Shown here in pieces: positions 46,810-55,879 of a DNA stretch of 64,000 nt. Position numbers and translations under genes: made by a program. Every line of letters starts with the position of its first letter. Position 1 is the first letter of the stretch. This DNA is from Alphaproteobacteria bacterium (GTDB lineage: Bacteria > Pseudomonadota > Alphaproteobacteria > CALKHQ01), in the NCBI GenBank assembly GCA_965227515.1, contig CBDDFZ010000001.1, forward strand, positions 3,520,001 to 3,584,000, written 5' to 3'. The notes below the pieces were generated by a model. The model was not told the origin of the DNA, did not search any database, and was given only the letters and a program-made list of their open reading frames with translations.

Positions 46810-47814
46810 CTACTCGCAGCCTAGCTTCGACTGGTACTCGTCGAAATTGTCGCGAGTCACATAGATCGCCGGCATCATAATCGGGTCACTCGGCATCGGC
46901 TCGCCGTTGACCACGTGGTCGTAGAGCACTTGGATGCCGGTCGCGCCGTGGCTGGCGCTGTCGAACCACATCGAGCCCTTGAAGCCCTCCGCACTCTGCA
47001 GGCCGTCGCAAGCCCGGCTGCCGTCGATGCCGATGCCGAAGCCGGCGTCGCCGTCGTAGCCGGCGTTCTCCAGCGCGCGCACGCCGCCCAGCACGCCGTC
47101 GTCATTGCAGGCCCAGAAGATCCAGTTGGTCACTTCCGGGTTGCCGGTCAGCACCGTCGACATGGCGTCGACCGAGCTGACCATGGTGCCGTCATAGGGG
47201 ATATTCAGGATGTCGTCCTCGGACCAGTCGGGGAACGCCTCCATCCACGAGGCCTCGGCGCCCTCGTTGCGCTTCATGCAGGTCTCGATCTTCTGGTCCT
47301 CGATGCTGGCGATCCGGACCACGGCATCGGGATCGTCGGCCCAGCCGCTCTCATTGTAGAGGGTGACCAGCTCGGTGCCGACCTGGCGGCCGATGTTGAA
47401 GGCGTCGATACCGACATAGGGCACCGGCGTGCCGTCCTCGAAATAGATGTCGTCGTCGACCGCGACGATTGGGATGCCGGCCTCCACCGCCTTGTCGGCG
47501 ATCACCGGGCCCAGCGCCAGGTCGGGCACCACGATGGCAATGCCGGCGACGCCGTCGGCGACCATGGTGTCGAACGCGGTGATGGTGAGGTCGGCGTCGA
47601 ACTGCACGTCCTGGTGCATCAGTTCGGCGCCCAGTTCCTCGGCCCGCGCCTCGGCGCCTGCGACCTCGGACACGAACCACGGATGGTCGCCCATCTTGTT
47701 GATGTAGCCGAACTTGAGGTCATCCTGCGCCGCGGCCGTGCCGGCCAGGCCCGCGCACGCCAGTGCGGAGGCCGTTGTCAGCAGGAAGGCCCGCTTGCTC
47801 AATGGCATTGTCAT
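46810..47814 (-). CDS. sugar ABC substrate-binding protein (AraF-like)
   Basis: INK..D.PWF..E, IVVPD..LGP, VAVDD, CNDDGVLG; SKRAFL Tat-like signal; GGAGGA RBS. Confidence 0.88.
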   Translation of the reverse strand: MTMPLSKRAFLLTTASALACAGLAGTAAAQDDLKFGYINKMGDHPWFVSEVAGAEARAEELGAELMHQDVQFDADLTITAFDTMVADGVAGIAIVVPDLALGPVIADKAVEAGIPIVAVDDDIYFEDGTPVPYVGIDAFNIGRQVGTELVTLYNESGWADDPDAVVRIASIEDQKIETCMKRNEGAEASWMEAFPDWSEDDILNIPYDGTMVSSVDAMSTVLTGNPEVTNWIFWACNDDGVLGGVRALENAGYDGDAGFGIGIDGSRACDGLQSAEGFKGSMWFDSASHGATGIQVLYDHVVNGEPMPSDPIMMPAIYVTRDNFDEYQSKLGCE

Positions 47815-47886
47815 CGCAATTTCCTCCATCGTTCAGTTGCTCGAATTCGCTCGAACCTGTGGGGCCTTCGCCCTCTCGTTGTTGCA

Positions 47887-48663
47887 CTAGCTGTGGAATT
47901 GCACGGAGCCGCCGCCATCGACCATCAGGCTGGCAGCAGTGATGAAACCGGCCTCGTCGGAGGCCAGGAACAGAACCGCGTTGGCCACCTCCACCGGCTG
48001 GCCGACTCGCATCATCGGGTGGTAGCCCTCGGCCCGCCGCCGTTCGGCGGCCGGGTCGTCGAACGTGTCCCAATAGGCGACCGCAATCGGCGTCTCGATG
48101 TAGCCGGGACACACGCAGTTCACCCGGATTCCGCGCGCCGCGTACTCCACGCCGAGCGCCCGGGTGATGCCGAGCACGCCGTGCTTGGCGACCGGATACG
48201 GAAACGTCTTCGGGATGATCTGGAAGCTGTGGACCGAGGCGACGTTGACGATGCTGCCGCCACCCTTGTCCAGCATGCCGGGCAGCACCGCGCGGGTGCA
48301 GTACCAAACCGCGTCCATGTCGACCGAGAAGCAGCGCTTCCATTCGTCGTCGGAGAGGCTCAGCGGGTCGTCGAAGACCGCGATGCCGGCGTTGTTGATC
48401 AGGATGTCCGGCGTGCCCAACTCGGCGGTTGCTTGCTCCACCATGGCGGCGATGGCATCGGTATCGGTGACGTCGGTGGCAACCGCCAGCGCGCGCCCGC
48501 CGTCCGCATTGATCGCCTCGGCCACCGCCGACCCGGTCTCCGGGTTCAGTTCGGCAATGCAGACAGCGGCACCCTCCTCCGCGAATCGATGCGCAATCGC
48601 CTCACCGATGCCCTGCCCCGCGCCGGTAACAATCGCGACCTTGCCGTCCAGCCGTCCCGTCAT
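47887..48663 (-). CDS. SDR family oxidoreductase (candidate aldose/galactose dehydrogenase)
   Basis: TGAGQGIG, NNAG, FPYPVAKHG; located in the dgoD operon. Confidence 0.88.
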   Translation of the reverse strand: MTGRLDGKVAIVTGAGQGIGEAIAHRFAEEGAAVCIAELNPETGSAVAEAINADGGRALAVATDVTDTDAIAAMVEQATAELGTPDILINNAGIAVFDDPLSLSDDEWKRCFSVDMDAVWYCTRAVLPGMLDKGGGSIVNVASVHSFQIIPKTFPYPVAKHGVLGITRALGVEYAARGIRVNCVCPGYIETPIAVAYWDTFDDPAAERRRAEGYHPMMRVGQPVEVANAVLFLASDEAGFITAASLMVDGGGSVQFHS

Positions 48664-48685
48664 GGCATGCCGTCCCCGTTCCCCG

Positions 48686-49861
48686 CTACCAGTCAACCAC
48701 GGTGCCGTCGGCGATCACCGCATTCGTCGCATGCATGACTTCCTGCGCGAACGGATGCTTTTCCGCCTCCGCCTCATTGACCTCGACCCCGAGACCCGGG
48801 CGCTCCGGCACCGGCCAATGGCCATCCTGCAACGTCAGCGGGCTGTCCTCGACCACGTCGTGGAACCAAGGTACCGCCCCGCTCATCTCTTCCTGGATCA
48901 CGAAGTTGGGCGTCGCGACGGCGAAATGGAGCGCGACCACGCCGGCCAACGGACCCAGTGGATTATGGGGTGCCACCCCGCAGGCCGCCGTCTCCGCCAT
49001 CGCCGCGATCTTGCGAGCCTCCGACAAGCCACCGCAATGGCAAATGTCGGGCTGCGCGATGTTGATCGCGCGGGCGTGGAACAGCGGCTCGAAGTCCTGC
49101 CGCCCGATCAGGCGCTCGCCGGTCGCGATCGGCACCGGCGAGCGGCGCGCGACCTCCAGCATGGTCTGGGTGTCGCCGGGCGGCATCGGCTCCTCGACGA
49201 ACATTGGCCGGTACGGTGCCAGCACCTGAATATATTCCACCGCGGCACTGGCCGAGGCACAGCGGCCGTGGAAGTCGATCATGATGTCGACCGCGTCACC
49301 CACCGCCTCGCGCAGCGCCGCCATCATGCCGCCGACGTGGTCCAGTTCCTTCGGCGAGGCGGTGTAGTGGGTGTAGGGGATGAACACCGACTTCAGCGCG
49401 GTGTAGCCGCGTTCGATCACCGCCTGGGCACGCTCGACCAGTGCGGCAGCCTCGGTGGTCTCGTAGACCGCGGTCATATCGCCCATACCCAAGTGCGTGT
49501 AGACACGGACCCGGTCGCGGGTGCGGCCGCCGAGCAGGCGCCACACCGGCACGCCGAGATCCTTGCCCAGAATGTCCCACAGCGCGATCTCGATGCCGCT
49601 GATCGCCGACGCGCCGATCACGCCCATGCGCCAGAAACCGTGCTTGTGCATAACGCGGATGAGCTGCTCGATATCGCGCGGGTCGCGGCCGACGATCAAC
49701 GGCGCCAGATCCTCGATGGCACCGACCACGGCGCGAGTCTTCCACTCCAGCGTGGCCTCGCCCCAGCCCCACAGGCCCGGCTGGTCGGTCTCGACCTTCA
49801 CGAACACCCAGTTACGCATCTGGGCGTTGACCACACAGGTCCGGATGCCGGTTATCTTCAT
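48686..49861 (-). CDS. dgoD: galactonate dehydratase-like enolase-superfamily enzyme
   Basis: W.FVKVETD, WGEATLE, IDFHGR, FVEEP, ATGER, QPD..H.GG, APHNPLGP. Confidence 0.75.
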   Translation of the reverse strand: MKITGIRTCVVNAQMRNWVFVKVETDQPGLWGWGEATLEWKTRAVVGAIEDLAPLIVGRDPRDIEQLIRVMHKHGFWRMGVIGASAISGIEIALWDILGKDLGVPVWRLLGGRTRDRVRVYTHLGMGDMTAVYETTEAAALVERAQAVIERGYTALKSVFIPYTHYTASPKELDHVGGMMAALREAVGDAVDIMIDFHGRCASASAAVEYIQVLAPYRPMFVEEPMPPGDTQTMLEVARRSPVPIATGERLIGRQDFEPLFHARAINIAQPDICHCGGLSEARKIAAMAETAACGVAPHNPLGPLAGVVALHFAVATPNFVIQEEMSGAVPWFHDVVEDSPLTLQDGHWPVPERPGLGVEVNEAEAEKHPFAQEVMHATNAVIADGTVVDW

Positions 49862-49930
49862 GGCGCGATCTGAAACGTTTCCTCACCGCTGTCCTCCGGT
49901 CGTTGGCGGAGGTGCGTTTTGGCGAAGCTT

Positions 49931-49941
49931 ATGTCAGACAA
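49931..49941. promoter_or_regulatory. putative GntR/FadR-family operator upstream of the dgoD operon
   Basis: Palindrome (A)TGTC-A-GACA(A) about 70 bp upstream of the dgoD start. Confidence 0.5.
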
Positions 49942-49974
49942 ATTGCCGTGGCAAGGCACCACGCGACCGCCGAG

Positions 49975-50700
49975 TCACGGCTTCGGCTTGCGGGCCAACA
50001 CCGGCTGCAGCTCGATGGCGGCAGCCTCGATGACAAACGCCATCGCCGAGCGGGCGCGCGCGGTGTCGCCGGCGGCGATCGCCTCATAGACCGCGGCATG
50101 GATCGCGTGCCCGTTGTCCTGCGGCCCGCCGATCCGCTGTTGCAGGCTGAAGCTCGCGGTCAGCGCGGCGCGCACCGACGTCGCCAGGTTGGCGAACAGG
50201 CTGTTGCCGCTGGCCAGCAGCAGGCCGACGTGAAACCGGATGTCGGCGTCGTAGAACGCTTCCGCGTCGCGGCCGGCCCGCCCCAGGTCGTCGATGGCCC
50301 GGCCAAGCTCGGCCAAATGCGCCGGATCGCGGCGGCGTGCGGCCAGTTCGGCCGCCGCCGGCTCCACCGTCGCGCGCAGCTCCAGCAGGTCGTGCATGAA
50401 GTCGGGATCGAAGCCGTCCGGCGCGTGCCACATCAGCACGTCCGGGTCCAGCAGGTTCCAGTTCTCGCGCGGCCGGATGCGGGTGCCGCGCCGCCGCCGC
50501 GCCTCAACCAGGCCCTTGGCCGCAAGCACCTTGATCGCCTCGCGGATGGCCTGGCGACTGGTGCCGAACCGGTCGCACAGCTCTATCTCGCGCGGCAGGT
50601 CGTCGCCGACCGCGATCCGCCCGGAAACGATCTGCCGGCCTATGTCATAGACGACCTGTCCGTGCAGGCCGGCACTTGGATAGGCCCGGTCATCCGGCAT
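49975..50700 (-). CDS. GntR/FadR family regulator (DgoR-like)
   Basis: LP.E.EL...FG.SR..IREA.K.L..KGLV, WNLLDPDVL.W, FCD-type D..FH...SGN. Confidence 0.92.
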   Translation of the reverse strand: MPDDRAYPSAGLHGQVVYDIGRQIVSGRIAVGDDLPREIELCDRFGTSRQAIREAIKVLAAKGLVEARRRRGTRIRPRENWNLLDPDVLMWHAPDGFDPDFMHDLLELRATVEPAAAELAARRRDPAHLAELGRAIDDLGRAGRDAEAFYDADIRFHVGLLLASGNSLFANLATSVRAALTASFSLQQRIGGPQDNGHAIHAAVYEAIAAGDTARARSAMAFVIEAAAIELQPVLARKPKP

Positions 50701-50821
50701 GCGCACACCATCCCGTTCGTTGCCAACGGGGCCAATATGTCATGTTTATTGGAATGGCGCACCGTCGACGATTAGGCGTCCGCTCACGGCGGGGCGACGG
50801 GCCAAGCCGGCGTAAGCGGGG

Positions 50822-52795
50822 TCATGCCAGTACGCGCTTCGCCGCAGGCTCTTCTTCAGGTTCCTGGTAGGGGGCGACCAATGGAATGCTCAGGGTAAAT
50901 CGCGTGCCCTCTCCCGGAGCGGTGTCCAGATGGATGGTGCCCCCAAGAATATTGTTGACCGCGTTGTACGCGATGAACAAGCCGAGGCCGGTGCCGCCCC
51001 GCCCCAGCGCAGTCGTGAAGAATGGATCGAATACCCTTCGCGCCACATCCGGAGGCATGCCGACGCCATTGTCGCTAAGCCGCAGCGTGACGAAGCGTTC
51101 ATGGCACTCGCCGGTCAATTTGATGATGCCGGCATCTGTCTCCGCGAACCCATGCGCCAGACAGTTCTCGATCAAATTGGTAAGCACCTGTCCCAACTCG
51201 CCAGGGAAGCTGTCCAACTTTGTGTCGCCGGCCTGCGGAAGTGAGATATCGAAGGTGATGTCCTTGTTCCGCAAGGATGGACTGAGCGTGATCAACACCT
51301 CGTCGATCACCTCTTCCAGCGTGAACGCGCGCCGACGCGACGAGGTGCGGTCGGCGGCCACCTGCTTCAAACTGCCGATCAACTCGCCAGCCCGCCGCAG
51401 ATTTCGCTCCACGATTTCCACGGTCGTCCGCACACCGTCCACGAAGGCATTCAACTCGGACCGACGCAGGCCATCCTGTGTCGCCCGCTCGAAATTTCCG
51501 AGCTTCTGGGAGAGCGTTGTGATGGCCAGATGACCGTTGCCCAGGGGCGTGTTCATCTCGTGCGCCAAGCCTGCGACGAGGCGTCCGATCGCTGCCAGTT
51601 TCTCCGATTGAATGAGCTCGTCCTGCGCGCGCCTGACGGTATCGAGCGCGGCCTGGAGCTCAATGTTGCTGTCCCGCAGTGCAACCGTCCGCTCATCAAC
51701 TCGTTGCTCTAGCTCGGCGTTCAGCGTCCGCAATTCGCGCTCACGGCTGCCAATGCCATCGGCCATGCGGCCGAGATCCATCGACAGCTTGTTGAGCTCG
51801 ACGATGCGGCTGCGCGGCCAAGCGTCGGGCCGGTCGCCACGGGCGATACTATCCGCACTCTGTGCGACCTGCCGCAGCGGTCGCACTATGCGCAGCGACC
51901 ACCACGGTGCCAGAACGGTTCCTACGATCAGCGTACCCACGAAACCGACCGCAAAGAGAATGAGTAGTTCGCGAAACCGGGGATTGGCGAGACCCGATGG
52001 AATTCGGCTGACAAACAGCCATCCCAGCGTGTCGGACCGTGCTGCCGAAACCTGGTAGCTGACACCACCCAGATCCATCCGCTCCGGCAATGGCTCGCCG
52101 GCCAGGCCCGCCGCCACGACCGGCACGCCGCTGAGATTGAGCCTTTCGGTCGGCCGCTCGCCGGTATCCGCGACGATCTCACCGTTCTTGTCGACGATCC
52201 AATACTCCAGGCTGCCGCCCGAGTGGGCGATCTGGCCCAGATCCAACAATGTCTGGAACGACAGCTCGGCGATGACGACGCCCTCCCCGCTGGGCAAGGT
52301 GCTGGCAAGCCCCAGCGTCACGCCACCGGTTACCGCCGAAATGTGCTTGTCGCTCCAGATCGTTCCCATTTCAGCCATGGCCTCGCGAAACAACGGGTAG
52401 GTCGAAAGATCGACACCGACCAGCTCCTGCGTTTGCGACGGACTGCGCCCCTCAATGCTGGCGACGTCCAGACGGCCCGCTGCATTGAGCACGAATATGG
52501 CATCCAGGCTCGGCCGCCTTGCATCGTCCATCGCGCCCTGCAGGCTGTCAGCGGGCAGTGCGGCGTATACCTCGCCTAACAACTCGACCCGTGCTTGCAG
52601 TTCTTCCAGGAAGATTTCCACGCGCTGCGCCGTCTGTGCGGCCACCCCCTCCAGCTGCTCCCGGTTCTCGTCCTCAATGCGATCGGACATAACCAGCAGC
52701 AAGCCCGATCCGATGATTGCAACGGAGGCCAACAGCGTGCCGAGCAGCAGCAGTATGACCGAGGTGCGTAGATGCAACCGGCGGAAAATCTTCAT
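50822..52795 (-). CDS. membrane sensor histidine kinase (Cache-like periplasmic domain, HAMP, HisKA, HATPase)
   Basis: Two TM segments around a ~250-aa periplasmic region; QSEKLAAIGRLVAGLAHEMNTP H-box; NLIEN, DNGVG, FDPFFTT, GTGLGL. Confidence 0.92.
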   Translation of the reverse strand: MKIFRRLHLRTSVILLLLGTLLASVAIIGSGLLLVMSDRIEDENREQLEGVAAQTAQRVEIFLEELQARVELLGEVYAALPADSLQGAMDDARRPSLDAIFVLNAAGRLDVASIEGRSPSQTQELVGVDLSTYPLFREAMAEMGTIWSDKHISAVTGGVTLGLASTLPSGEGVVIAELSFQTLLDLGQIAHSGGSLEYWIVDKNGEIVADTGERPTERLNLSGVPVVAAGLAGEPLPERMDLGGVSYQVSAARSDTLGWLFVSRIPSGLANPRFRELLILFAVGFVGTLIVGTVLAPWWSLRIVRPLRQVAQSADSIARGDRPDAWPRSRIVELNKLSMDLGRMADGIGSRERELRTLNAELEQRVDERTVALRDSNIELQAALDTVRRAQDELIQSEKLAAIGRLVAGLAHEMNTPLGNGHLAITTLSQKLGNFERATQDGLRRSELNAFVDGVRTTVEIVERNLRRAGELIGSLKQVAADRTSSRRRAFTLEEVIDEVLITLSPSLRNKDITFDISLPQAGDTKLDSFPGELGQVLTNLIENCLAHGFAETDAGIIKLTGECHERFVTLRLSDNGVGMPPDVARRVFDPFFTTALGRGGTGLGLFIAYNAVNNILGGTIHLDTAPGEGTRFTLSIPLVAPYQEPEEEPAAKRVLA

Positions 52796-53916
52796 GGCAT
52801 CACGAAGTTGCCGCCCCGCACGACCACGAAGAAGGCCCGACGCTGTGCGTCGCCATATTCGTCGAAATCGATGGTCTGCTGCAGGCCTTGCACGCCCCCC
52901 TGGTCCAGGAGCGCTTGCCTGAGCGTCCCATCCTCTTGCTCGGCCAATGCCTGGAAGAGCACGGTCGCGGCGTCATAGGCGGCGATGCCTGCGTAGCCCG
53001 GATACTGGTTGAAACGCTCGGCGAAGGCATCCTTGAACGCCACGTAGCGCTCCGACTGATCGTTGCGGTCGTAGGACTGCACGAGTTCCAGACCTTCGAT
53101 CGAGCCGCCGCCGAGGTGGAGCAACCGTTCAGATGCCGCCCACTCCGCCGCGATCAGCAGGATTTCCTCGTCCAGCTTGCGTATCTGTTGGGCCAACTGG
53201 GCTGTATCGACACCATTGGCGATCAGCAACAACGCATCGGCATCGAACTCCAGCAATCTGCTCGCGGTCTGGGAATAGCCGCGCTCATCGTCGGCATCGA
53301 ACACGTCAAAGCCCGCCAGCGCCCCGCCGGCTGCCTCGAACGCCCTGGTGAACTCGTCCAGCCAACTCTGGGAGAACACGCGGTTGTTGTTGTCGATTGC
53401 GGCGGCCACGCGCACGATGCCCCGCTCGGCATAGTGGGTGGCGTAAATCTGCGCGTTGTCGCGCGTGGTCCAGTTGATGCGAAACAGGTGGTCATCCAAC
53501 CCGGCAAACACCAACGACGACACTGTTGGCGAAATCGCTACCAGCTCCAGTTCGTTCAGTACGGGCAGCATGCCTTCCGCGATCGAGCTGTTGTTGGGAC
53601 CGATAATGGCGACCACGCCGTTCTCGTGCAGGTCGCGCACGGCCGCGGCCGCAACATCCGGATCGTCCTGATCGTCGCGAACAAGCAGTTCGAGCTGTCG
53701 GCCATCGATGCCGCCAGCCTCGTTGATGCCCTCAACGGCAAGCTGAACCGCATTGCGCGATGCCTCGCCAATGTCCGCGGAACGGCCGCTCAGCCCGCCG
53801 ATGAACCCGATCTTGATCGGGCCGGATTCACCGCAGCCCACCAGCAGCAGCACAAGCGTGAAGTATGCGAAGGCCCGGACAACCGCTACGCCGAGAGTCA
53901 AGACGCCAAATGCCAT
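52792..53916 (-). CDS. LivJ/Peripla_BP_6-type substrate-binding lipoprotein
   Basis: Lipobox LLVGC; IKIG....LSG, IN.AGGI.GR..EL..RDD, IIGP, AYDAA; ATGA overlap with the kinase gene. Confidence 0.88.
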   Translation of the reverse strand: MAFGVLTLGVAVVRAFAYFTLVLLLVGCGESGPIKIGFIGGLSGRSADIGEASRNAVQLAVEGINEAGGIDGRQLELLVRDDQDDPDVAAAAVRDLHENGVVAIIGPNNSSIAEGMLPVLNELELVAISPTVSSLVFAGLDDHLFRINWTTRDNAQIYATHYAERGIVRVAAAIDNNNRVFSQSWLDEFTRAFEAAGGALAGFDVFDADDERGYSQTASRLLEFDADALLLIANGVDTAQLAQQIRKLDEEILLIAAEWAASERLLHLGGGSIEGLELVQSYDRNDQSERYVAFKDAFAERFNQYPGYAGIAAYDAATVLFQALAEQEDGTLRQALLDQGGVQGLQQTIDFDEYGDAQRRAFFVVVRGGNFVMP

Positions 53917-53942
53917 CGCGTATCCTCGATCCGATGTGGGCC

Positions 53943-55208
53943 CTATTCGTTGGCGGTGCCCGTTGCGGTTACCGGCAGCATCGTTTCCTCGGGAAAAATC
54001 AGGCGTACGGTCGTGCCCACATTGGGCTCGGACTCAATGGAAATGTCGCCACCCAAACGTGTGATCAAACGTTTGGTCGCCAAAAGCCCGAGGCCAAGCC
54101 CGCCATGCCCTGAGGTATAGGGGTTTCGGGCGAAATTGAACGGTTGGCCGAGCGCCGTGATGATCGATTTGTCGATGCCAACGCCGTCATCGACCACTGA
54201 GATGAGGAGCCCGTCATTGTCCAAACGCCTGGCGGTGACCCGAACGGAACAGTCGTCCGGATTATGCGTGAAGGCATTGGAAACCAGATTGGTCATCATG
54301 GTCTGCACCATCTTTCGGTCGGTGCGCACCATCAGCTTGCCCTTTGCCCCGCGAACCTTGTGGCGCCGTTTCGATGCGGTCCCGCCCTCCTTGCCGCGCG
54401 CTTCGCCCTCGAAGAACTCAGCGATCAGCTCCTGCAAATCGAAAACCTCGAATGTGAGCGGCTTGCCATCGCCGTCTTCGGCAAACTCCAGGACACTTTC
54501 GACCAGGGACTGCAGGTGACGGCCGGACGTAACGATGTCCCAGGCGTACTCCTTGTATTTTGCCGTGCCGACAGGGCCCAGCGCCTCCGATGCGATCATC
54601 TCCGACATGCCAATAATGCCGTTCAGCGGGGTCCGAAACTCGTGGCTCATGTGTGTGATGAAGTCGGTCTTCGCGCGGCTCGCCGTTTCCGCGATTTTCA
54701 AGGCATTGCGAAGCGCTTCCGACTGGTGTTCAAGACGGTCGATGTCGCGGAAGGACCGCAGAGCCGAATAGATGGTCGTGACAAGTTTGACGGCCGTCAT
54801 GCCGCTCTTGTCCTTATAGTCATTGATGTCGTACTGTCGGATAACGTCGAGTTCTGGCGCATATCCCGGCTGCCCGGTACGCAATACAATCCTCACCCGG
54901 TCGTTATGCATCTCATCGCGGATCCAATGGACCAGTTCCAGGCCGACATATTCGCTCTCCATGACCACATCGAGCAGAACGACCGCGATCGAACTCTCAT
55001 CTTTCATGATGTCGCGCGCTTCCGAGGCCGAATACGCGCTGAGTATTCGCAACCCACGATCTTCGAACTTGAAGTCGCCGAGGGCGAAGCGTGTCGCGCG
55101 ATGCACGGAATCGTCGTCATCGATTATAAGGAGCAACCACGGCGCTTCCGCCCCCGCTTGCTCAAGAAATTCCGTGTCTTCTACAATCGAAAGGCGGTCA
55201 TCTGACAC
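53943..55208 (-). CDS. cytoplasmic hybrid kinase: N-terminal receiver plus PleC/DivJ-like HisKA-HATPase
   Basis: REC motifs IIDDD, LLDVVME, RTGQPG, DYKDK; kinase motifs KTDFITHMSHEFRTPLNGIIG, KY.EYA.DI..SG.HL, NLVSNA, DDGVG, GLGLGL; start site uncertain. Confidence 0.88.
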   Translation of the reverse strand: MSDDRLSIVEDTEFLEQAGAEAPWLLLIIDDDDSVHRATRFALGDFKFEDRGLRILSAYSASEARDIMKDESSIAVVLLDVVMESEYVGLELVHWIRDEMHNDRVRIVLRTGQPGYAPELDVIRQYDINDYKDKSGMTAVKLVTTIYSALRSFRDIDRLEHQSEALRNALKIAETASRAKTDFITHMSHEFRTPLNGIIGMSEMIASEALGPVGTAKYKEYAWDIVTSGRHLQSLVESVLEFAEDGDGKPLTFEVFDLQELIAEFFEGEARGKEGGTASKRRHKVRGAKGKLMVRTDRKMVQTMMTNLVSNAFTHNPDDCSVRVTARRLDNDGLLISVVDDGVGIDKSIITALGQPFNFARNPYTSGHGGLGLGLLATKRLITRLGGDISIESEPNVGTTVRLIFPEETMLPVTATGTANE

Positions 55209-55879
55209 GTGAGCACCTGCACTGACATTGTCCCTGCCCGGGGCACCCCGAAAGGCGCGCAGCGAATGTGGCACGACGTGCGACAGATCCGAATTTGGAC
55301 GGCGCCGCACGAGCCCGTACCTGCCAAGCCATGCGCCAACGTGAGGTCCCCCTCATCCCCATCGTTCAATTAATGTACTCATTTGGCTAAAAGTTTGGCA
55401 ACTCCTGCCGAAAAATATCGCATACATTGGTATGTCGGTTTTCGACGGACACTATATCGACTGCGCCGCACGCGTCCCATCTGTGTCACTAGCAAGCCAC
55501 CGAATTAACTCAGGAATGACGGTATGGTGACAGCTTACAGCCGCCGATTGTCGGAGACGCCCAGCCCCTCGCGCTTGTCCTAATTGAACACCGTTTTGCC
55601 AAGCGGCACTTGCAGCTTTTGTGCGATACAAGCTTCCATACTCGGCAGCGATGGTACTCTGACATTCGATACTGAAGAGAATCGTGGCTGGACACCGGGA
55701 TTCATGCCCGCCTGCACGTCGCTTCATGCCTGCACGCGTTGCCAGCAAAAAATGTCCCATGGATTCATACGCAGCTATTTCGCTGAGGGTCGGCCAGCCC
55801 GAGGGTTTCAGCGTACCGGTTTGGCCTGAGATTGCACCAGTGCCGCAATCTCGTGCGCCGTTATGCAAGGGTGGGGGAG

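Noticed and set aside
55366-55520. Possible CtrA boxes upstream of the kinase module
   Set aside because: Only isolated TTAA half-sites; no TTAA-N7-TTAA
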